Source: Eledone cirrhosa (taxonomy: Eukaryota). From it: a stretch of DNA of 64,000 nucleotides. This document shows, piece after piece, positions 55,607 through 64,000 of the stretch (within the stretch, counting starts at the first letter, position 1; each line of letters starts with the position of its first letter). The DNA is taken from assembly GCA_964016885.1 (NCBI GenBank), contig OZ024742.1, positions 117,552,001 to 117,616,000 on the forward strand, given 5' to 3'. A program made the position numbers and the translations under genes. Below the pieces are notes generated by a model. That model saw only the letters and a list, made by a program, of their open reading frames with translations. It was not told the DNA's origin and did not search any database.

Positions 55607-55641
<35 letters not shown>

Positions 55642-56664
55642 TCATCAGTGTTTAACATCTTGGAAGATAGACATTAAATGACGATGATGATATACATACA
55701 CAAAGGGCATCTGCAGTTTCCATTTACCAAATCCCATTCACAAGGCTTTGGTCAACCCTTAAAAGTGCCATGCAGCAGGACTGAACCAAGACCCATGTTG
55801 TTGTGAAGCATATATATATATTGGACTACCATCTTTATTTCCTACCTCTAGATTTCCATTTGGATTCCCTACCTCCTTTCAACCTTGTTATATAACCATT
55901 TTCTGCATTATATACTCTACACTTTTGTCCTTCTACTCCATGGGAATGCATACACACACACACACACACACACACATGTGCACACACTTGTACACACACT
56001 GCGATCGACACATACAGACAGACACCTCAAACAGATTGAAGAGACAGAGGCACTCCCATGCACACACAAACACCACTGATATACTTAGACACTCAATGAC
56101 CTCTACTGCATACACACCCTCATGCAGGCATAAAAATCAAACCAAATCACCTACTCCTGATGACCTCTATCAGCATTCTTTTTTATCTCATCTCTCTTCT
56201 CTCACTGTATTTCCTAACTTCTCTCCCATTCTTGTTTCCTTCTTGATGAAGGTCAAGTGTCCGATATGTTAAAGGCACTTCTTTTTCTCTTTCACACAAA
56301 AGTTAACCTAATAAGACCTTTTGTTCTTGTTTCTTTTCACTGTTTTTCAAAAACGTATCACATAAACACAAGATGGAGTGAACAGAATAAGACCAAAACG
56401 AAGAGGAAACATGGAGAAAAAGAAATATTGATTGAGGAGGTCACAAAATGTGTAACAAAAGAGATTTGTCAAAATAACCAATAACAAATAATAATAAATT
56501 GAATGTTATATAGTGCATGTGTTTTTATTGGCTAAATTGACAAAGTGACCATCCCCAAAAAGAACAATATATATCTCTATCTTTCACTCCCTCTCTCTCT
56601 CTATATATATATATATATAAATATATATAATATAAGATCAAAAGATGGTTAAAGGAGTTCAATA

Positions 56665-56735
56665 TATTTTATTATGCGCATTTCAAAAACAAACATCATC
56701 AAACAATAATATTTGTGTTTTCATCAGATAAAACA
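56665..56735 (-). ncRNA. Hammerhead ribozyme (mirror copy)
   Basis: Reverse complement of 56844-56914. Confidence 0.8.
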
Positions 56736-56843
56736 GGAGAACATGATATGAAGGCTAAAAAAACACTTGTTGATAGTGCAGTTTTAAATCAACATATCTG
56801 CACTATCAACAAGTGTTTTTTTAGCCTTCATATCATGTTCTCC

Positions 56844-56914
56844 TGTTTTATCTGATGAAAACACAAATATTATTGTTTGATGATGTTTGTTTTTGAAATG
56901 CGCATAATAAAATA
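56844..56914 (+). ncRNA. Type I hammerhead ribozyme with long helix II
   Basis: tgttttat-CTGATGA-aaacacaaatatta(ttgtttga)tgatgtttgttttt-GAAA-tgcgca-TA-ataaaata. Confidence 0.85.
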
Positions 56915-58139
56915 TATTGAACTCCTTTAACCATCTTTTGATCTTATATTATGCATACTCCAGTCCCACAAACTGTAGAGTGCTTCTTATCCGATATCTG
57001 CATTGCTTTATTGTACTACAATAAAACTCACCTCCTACATTATAAATATATATATATATATATAAACACACACACACACATATATATATATAACTAATTA
57101 ATTGTCTACAAGCCATAGGGCTAATTCAAAATATGCTTGCTTTTTGTAAAGCTACTAGAATGCATGTTACCAATAAAATAATTGAATAATATAGTCAGGT
57201 AAATAACCCTGTAGAAGTGGCCAGGGCTTCCTACTGGAACTGAACTCTGGCATCTGCTGTATGCCAAACTAATGCAATATCGTTAATGATATCACAGCTG
57301 TACGGCATATGGAAGATGTGGCGTTCAGTTCCCACAGGCAGTTCTGTCTACTTTTTCTGTCTCCAAGGTTTATTTATCCCATTTATTTAACTATTTATAG
57401 TTAAACTGTATTGTGGCAGCTTTTCAAAAGCAATATTTTCATATATAGAAACATGATTTAAATGAATTGAAGTGATGAGTGTATAAGAATTTTCATAAAA
57501 TTGTTCAAATCTCAAATGTGGAAGTAGCTGTAAAATGTTTTTCTCTTTAGTACTTCTCCCCCCCCCCCCCCCCCAAAAAAAATAATTTTGCTCCATCGTT
57601 CTCTTTCCTACTTTTCTCTCTCTCTTTCCATACTTCTCTCATTTCTCATCATATGCTTTAGACACTGTTGCTTTCTTTCTTTTTCTCTTTCTCTCTTTTC
57701 TTCTCGTACTTTTTTCCACAAACATGAGGTTATATTTTAACCCAACTTTTTGCAAGCCGGGAAAAGCAGACGTAAAATGATGATGATGATGATGATGATG
57801 ATGATATATATACTCTAGCATAATTCCTGCCAAAAATTATGAGCTGTATAGTAAAAAATTATTTAATTTGATAATTCATGGATTCATTCTATATAAAGAT
57901 ATTTCAATCACCAAATGTTCTTTGAACTTGGCAATCTTTTCCTTCTTCTAACTCATAATCCATATTTGTTTGTTTTATTTATATTGGTATACGTATATAG
58001 TGATAGAAAAACTGTCAGATATAGAGAGAAAGAGAGACAGATAGATAGAGAAATGAATAAATGGACAGACTGATATGGATAGACAAACAGATAGATATAG
58101 ATATCTTTGTATATTTTAATCAACCAGAATATTAGATGC

Positions 58140-59520
58140 CCTTGTATATTGCTGGTCACAGTGCACTTCCATTCTTCCTTTGATTGCTCCCTTCTCTTCC
58201 TTTTTGACCCAAATCGTCTTCCAAATTATTTTTGACAACTGCACAGGTCCACCTGGAGGTCTCTGAACCTTGTGATATGTCAGCCCAACTGGAACTTACA
58301 TTATCTATGTTCTGTGATGACATCATTCACTTTACTCCATTCCCAAATTACCTTGTTTCAAATATGCTCCCACAATGATATTCCAAGTATTAGTGGCCTA
58401 CCATAGTCTTGTTCCTTCTCTGTAGAAGCCTACATCTTGTTTGTATATAAGAATGCAGGTAGGAAAGTGCTATCAACTCTGGTATATGCAGAATCTTATC
58501 AGCTTCATGTCTCAGCTTATATTTACTGTGCCCTAAGTAAATGTACTCCTGCATCTCCTCAATTTCATTACTTCCAATCGTATTTCAGCCTTGTGCTACA
58601 TATTTGGACTGCATGTATTTTGTTCTCATGCCATATATTTTGAGCCATGGTGCTGAACTCTGGGTATCCAGCTCAATCAGCATGATCTGCAGATGTTCTG
58701 TGATTTCTGCAATGAGCACAATGTTGTTTGTTAATTGGAGATGTGTTAGTAGCTTGCCACCTTTCTAGTTTATGTTTCTGATGAGCATTTTGAAACATGC
58801 AGTGTAGAGCTTTGGAGAGGCAGCATCTCCTTGTTTATACTCTTCCCAACTAGAAATCTTGAGGGTGGTGGCAGTAGAGCTCTATCAGTGTTACATCCCG
58901 AGTTTGTATCTCTCTACTGTTTTGTGTATTGTGCTACTCCAGAGAATTTAACACAACATTCAATTTGACACTATCAAACACCTTTTTGTTATCTATGACT
59001 GTGGCACAAGATGGCACCCTGTACTCTTTCACTTGTTCTAGAAGCTCTGTAAGAATGAATATGTGGGCTCTCATACTGCAGTTCTTCAGCAAACTTACAC
59101 ATTGTAATGTTTTGATAATCTAGTGACTACGACCTTTGTAAATAGTTTCTCGGGGTGAGACATGATGTATATCAGATAGTATATCAGATCTTCCCTATAA
59201 CCCTTTTTATAAAGCAAGATGGTATTTGACTCTTTTCACAATGAGAATATTTCTCCTTTCAGTCATAACAGAAAATGATTTTCTACACCTGTTCTCTTCT
59301 ACTGCTTAATATTTCTGTTGTTACACCATATTTCCCTGAAGATTTATCTCTTCATCAACTTCACTAACCAGAATGGGTGGCACTTCTCACAACATTTATG
59401 ATGTTAGAAGATCAAGCTTCAGTGATGATTTAAAAAGATTGATCTTAAAGTTTTCACAAATCTCTCTCATCTTTCAACTTGGTTTTATTCTTGATTGCTG
59501 TTAACTCCCATTTATAAAGT
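58140..59520 (-). mobile_element. Highly degenerate RTE-like LINE RT region
   Basis: Minus strand shows kqgdaaspklytacf, ltHLqlTNniVL and VEKEQDYGRP-like remnants. Confidence 0.55.
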
Positions 59521-61019
59521 ATCATCTCTCACCTGCATTTGGTTTTAGACTTTTCTTCTTCTCTGCAGCTCACAGCAGCTTTTTCAATCTATAGTTCTCA
59601 AAGTCTATTTCTCGATGTTTCCTTATCATATTCCAGAGACTAAAATACTTAAGATGATAGTTTATCATCTTTTTCATAGTTTTTGGTTTCTCAAGCATTT
59701 TCCTTGACTCCTCTGATATATTACCATCCCCTTCCTGTAGGTTTGAAGTTCTTGTTTTCCACATGCAACTTTTCATTTTCTAGATCAGAGAACCAATCCC
59801 TATTTTCATTAATTCTTTCAAGCTGTCTCCAGGTTTTCTCTTTGAAAACACCCTGCAATTACATCTCATCAAAGAACTTGATGCATTGGTTCATAGTGAT
59901 ATGCAGTGCCTTTTTCTCTCTAATCTCCTTGAAATGTTCACTGTGAAATAACATTTCTTTAAATCATTTCAGTCTCTTTGAAATTATATTTCTTTAAATC
60001 CTGAATAGCGGTAAGTCCAGTATTGAAATAATGTCGCCTCAAATAACTTAACTCAATTCTGAAAGCAACAGTAGCTAATGTTATATCTTATAGTGAAATA
60101 ATATTGTTGTTTTTTTAAATCTTCGATAATAGTATGTTTGGTATTGAAAGAACATTCCCTTAAATCATTTCAATTATCTCCAAATGTAGTATTTGAAATA
60201 CTGTTAAGTTAACCATGGCCTCAAAACAAACTGTTACCACAGTATACCATCTGTGATTATTTTTGTGGTTTTGTTGTTTTTGTTCTTCATTAGCATCTGT
60301 TTTTTAGAGACATTTCTTGTTCTCATTAAATCATAAAAGTGTTCAGTATTTTGCCAAATTAACAAGAATGAGTAATACAAATCATAAAAATATTGAGGTC
60401 ATATCAATGAACCTTGTCTGCGTGTGTGTGTCAAGCTTTTATAGTTATATATATATATAAATGTGTAGCGAATTGGTTTATTGGTTTAATCTTCTCCAGA
60501 AGATACTGCTGGTAACCAACCACTAATTCAATAAGAAAGAAGATATAGAGAACTGCTCATCAGAATGAGGCTGGCAGCGAATAAGAGAGTGAGAAACACA
60601 AGTCTCATCTATTTATTATGCCTACGGGAAGTAACTCTAATAATTAATTCTCTTTTTTTTACCCTAGGGGTCGCTGCAAATGTAATCTGAGTTTTTTTAA
60701 TATTAATAATAACATTCGATTCGTTTGCAATTATGCAAACAAGCCTCATTTTTAAAGCCATGTCATTAGAATGAACCCTTCATTCTTGCTCTTGTGTTGG
60801 AATTGTATATATATATATATATATATTGTATATATATATATGGAGAGGGAGAGAGAAAGATTTGGGGAGTTACCAGTTTAGACTAGTAAGACCATTGTTC
60901 AGCCTAGTACTTGATATTTAAGAAAGTAGAGTTTAGTTATTATAATGAGTTTCTGCATGATGGGAAGAATATATATCACAAGTAACCATGAGATTTGCAT
61001 CTAGAAAGTTGTCCTTCAA

Positions 61020-61240
61020 GGTGAAAGATTGTTTGTGGAAAACAACCAGCCACCCATGCATACCAGTTTCCTTTCTCCATGTCACTGATGTTGTCCAAGG
61101 GAAAGGCTAAGGCCAATACAGCTTAGCACTAGTGGTATCGCAACTCATTTCTACTGCTGAGTAAACTGGAGCAACGTGAAATAAAGTGTCTTGCTCAAGA
61201 ACACAACACACAGCTCAGTCCAAGGATAGAACTCACATCT
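61020..61240 (-). mobile_element. SINE family 1 relative, degenerate
   Basis: ctgagtaaactggagcaacgtgaaataaagtgtcttgctcaag core. Confidence 0.75.
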
Positions 61241-61322
61241 TCATATATATATATATATATATATGTACATGTATATATGTAGGTATTTATGTGTTTGTGA
61301 ATATATATATATATATATATAT

Positions 61323-61416
61323 ATAATAACTAGAGGTTGATTAGCATATAAATATACATGAATAATCATATGATTATTCATGTATATTTATATGTTAATC
61401 AACCTCTAGTTATTAT
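61323..61416. repeat. Near-perfect spacer-less palindrome of about 94 bp
   Basis: ataataactagaggttgatt...atcatatgat...aatcaacctctagttattat. Confidence 0.9.
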
Positions 61417-61541
61417 AATATGCTCGGATTTATCTTTGAGCTTAAATTCCCAGGATTTATGGCGCATGCATTATGTCATGGCACCCACGATTTCGATTTA
61501 GATTAAATTCATTTAATTAATTTTATCGTAATTTTGGATTT

Positions 61542-61569
<28 letters not shown>

Positions 61570-61574
<5 letters not shown>

Positions 61575-61710
61575 AAAATGTAAGACGCCGACAGCAGAGC
61601 TCAAGCCATTTCGACGGCTACTTCTGGACTAAATATTGAGTACTCTGGACTAAGTATTGAGTACTCTGGTGCGTTATGGTCCATCTGGTTCCTTACCACA
61701 ACTCCTTCAT
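61570..61710. repeat. Rearranged copy of the 42285-42420 PLE-end family
   Basis: 61570-61630 matches 42360-42420; 61631-61710 is the reverse complement of 42283-42342 with a 21-nt duplication. Confidence 0.8.
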
Positions 61711-61813
61711 TATATATATTTATATATATATATATATATTTAAGAGCAAATGGGCATATTGTATATAAGCCCATCAAATACATGTTTCCTTGTGGTTGTT
61801 TGAATGATATACC

Positions 61814-61860
61814 CACCTTCAGATGAGGACCCAATTAGGTCCAAAAATCAATTAAAGGTG
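61814..61860 (+). ncRNA. Decayed hammerhead (two core substitutions)
   Basis: cacctt-CAGATGA-ggacc(caatta)ggtcc-AAAA-atcaat-TA-aaggtg; helices I and II perfect. Confidence 0.6.
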
Positions 61861-62879
61861 TTTATCATTTTTTCAATTTACAGGAAAATTTGTATTTTCT
61901 AGCATCTTTACATGCATACATATTAAATATGTGTATATAAATATAAACATTTGTGGAGTCTCAGTTACCCACTCTGTATGTATACCGACATAACTTTATC
62001 ATACATTTCAACAGCTAGCACACCTTTTCATATATATATATATAGATTATTGGTATGTAAATTCAGTTCCTGATTAGGTCATCGCTGAGCGGTGGTTCAT
62101 TTAATGTGTGAATAAAAAATATAATGATGTTATATTGATAATTCACTCTCACCTCCATCTGTGTTGTATAACTATCTTATTATTAACAACCTCAAATTAG
62201 TTTGTTAATGTATTAACAATAAATTTAATTAACATTTCTTCAAATTACTTTACATTATTTTCAAAGCAACAGTATATAATGTTATGTTCACTATTGAAAT
62301 AATGTTTCTTTAAATTGATTCAATTATTTTAAAATATTGTCTTTATATCCTGGATAACAGTATTGAAAGTTTCTCTGTTTTATTTTATTCTATTTTCAAA
62401 GCAATAGTAGATAATTTTATTATCCATATTGAGATACGTTTCTTTAAATCATTTCAATCTCTTTTAAATAATCTTTCATTAAATCCAGGGTGTTGTTATG
62501 TCTGTTATTGAAATGAAATTTCTACAAATTGTGACTGATCATGCATCTCTTGCATGATCAGTGGCAATCTAAAAAACTCAGAGTAGCAACAGAGATTAAT
62601 CTAAGTAATATAATAAACATATATGTCACTCCAAAACTATAACTAGCACAACATACAGTATTAAACAAATTGCATATACAGGACTAAAACTAATCATATT
62701 AGTCATATGCACCTTTGTGTGGTGGCTACTCTAGCCAAGTATAAGAACTTCTCTTTCATCATCAGGTGATTGCACATTCCCTTTCAGGTACATAGAGCTA
62801 TTACTAAAATACAATCTAACCACCTAGTGACTCTACTTTGAAAGATCACCAAACTCAGGGTTGCCCCACTTAAGGTGGG

Positions 62880-64000
62880 CATACTGGAAAGTAGAGTGAA
62901 ATTATTGAGAAGAGACAAGTAGTTGTGTGCTGTGTGCATGAGGTGAGATGAAAGAGTGCATAAACCAGACTCACTACAGCGAAATACAAGCTCTTCCAAG
63001 TAAGAAATGATAATAGGGTAAGTGGAATAGGTATTTTACTAGCTGAGAAGTGGAGACATAAAGTAATTGAGGTAACTAGAATAGGTGACTGAATTATCAA
63101 GATCAGAATAGCCCTAGGTAATAGAATGGCAAGTTAACTCCATGGATGCACCACAATCAGGGCTAAGTAAAGAACAAAAGCATCGTTTCTATGATGAACT
63201 CATAGAGATAACTTCAAAAAGAGATGACAGTGATGTCATCATTCTCGTATGTAACTTCAATGTGCTGCGAAGCAATGTATCAGTAGGAAACAGGATGTCA
63301 TTAGGGAGAAGAGTGTTTGGATGATACAGGTACACTTAGCTTCACTGACACTTAAAAGAGGCCTGGAAATGCTACTGTAAGAGGCTGATGAATGTAGCAA
63401 ATGAGTGAAAGGAAAAGGACTACCCCAAACCCCAATAGACTCAACAGTGGACTTGACTATCAAGATATGGGGTTATGGAGTCAAAAAGCAATCAGAAATG
63501 AAAAATGGTAAAGCAGCTGGACCATCAGAGATAGTTACTGTGATACTGAAACCATCTGGGGAAGTAGGAGTTGAGGGTGTCATGCACAATGACTGACATA
63601 ATAGGATAATTATCAATTGCTACAAAGGAAAAGGTTATGTTCAAGAATGGAGCAACAAGAGAGGCATAAATCTGATGGGTCAAGATTTGGAAGGGACAGA
63701 AAGAACAAATGAAGAAACAAATTAGGAAAAGTGTCAAATTAGTTAAGATACAGTTTGGTTTTGTGCCATGAAGGAGCATCACAGATACCCTCATCTTAGC
63801 GAGACTACTACAAGAAAGGTTTCTTGCTAGGTGTAGGGAATGAGTTTAGTGAGGAATCAATGTGTAGTTGGGTGTTCATCAAGGCTCAGTATTCTGTTTC
63901 TTCATACTTATTATAGTTCTAAGGCATATTATAGTTCAGAGGCATTTAAGATTGGCTGTCTATGGGAACATTTGTATGCTGGCGACCTGGATATTATAGC
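62880..64000 (+). mobile_element. Highly degenerate RTE LINE (APE and RT remnants)
   Basis: [37 protein letters not shown] and LYAGDL remnants collinear with copy D. Confidence 0.8.

Larger units (their letters stand above)
56627..56952. repeat. Perfect palindrome (arms about 155 bp, 16-nt spacer) of a PLE terminal repeat; element continues to about 57040
   Basis: Arms 56627-56781 and 56798-56952. Confidence 0.92.

Noticed and set aside
60545-60570. Minus-strand CTGATGA as a hammerhead core
   Set aside because: No helix II or GAAA follows

Overview
AT-rich, intron-like or intergenic eukaryotic DNA. The repeat complement suggests an octopus/cephalopod genome (inference). It is made almost entirely of transposon remnants and (TA)n, (CAT)n and (GA)n microsatellites; most listed ORFs are microsatellite artefacts. 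(1) A cluster of six closely related RTE-clade LINE copies lies at 22.4-40.6 kb, nearly all bordered by (TA)n tracts. One is full-length and intact (33098-36846) and encodes APE endonuclease plus RT, with a C4HC3 PHD-type finger inserted inside the RT domain. (2) Two tRNA-derived SINE families are present; one carries interchangeable RTE-derived tails. (3) There are also Penelope-like (PLE) RT and GIY-YIG remnants, a deleted mariner, an L1/Tx1 APE relic and two weak candidate host exons. The main unannotated signal is a dense set of type I hammerhead ribozyme motifs from about nine unrelated sequence families: about a dozen copies with intact cores plus several decayed ones. They lie in PLE terminal-repeat remnants, often inside long palindromes inserted in (TA)n. 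Four families carry a compensatory U3-A8 core (UUGANAA instead of CUGANGA). A shared GTATYGAGYRC motif lies downstream of several ribozymes. All structures were read by eye and not computed; coordinates of degenerate elements are approximate.
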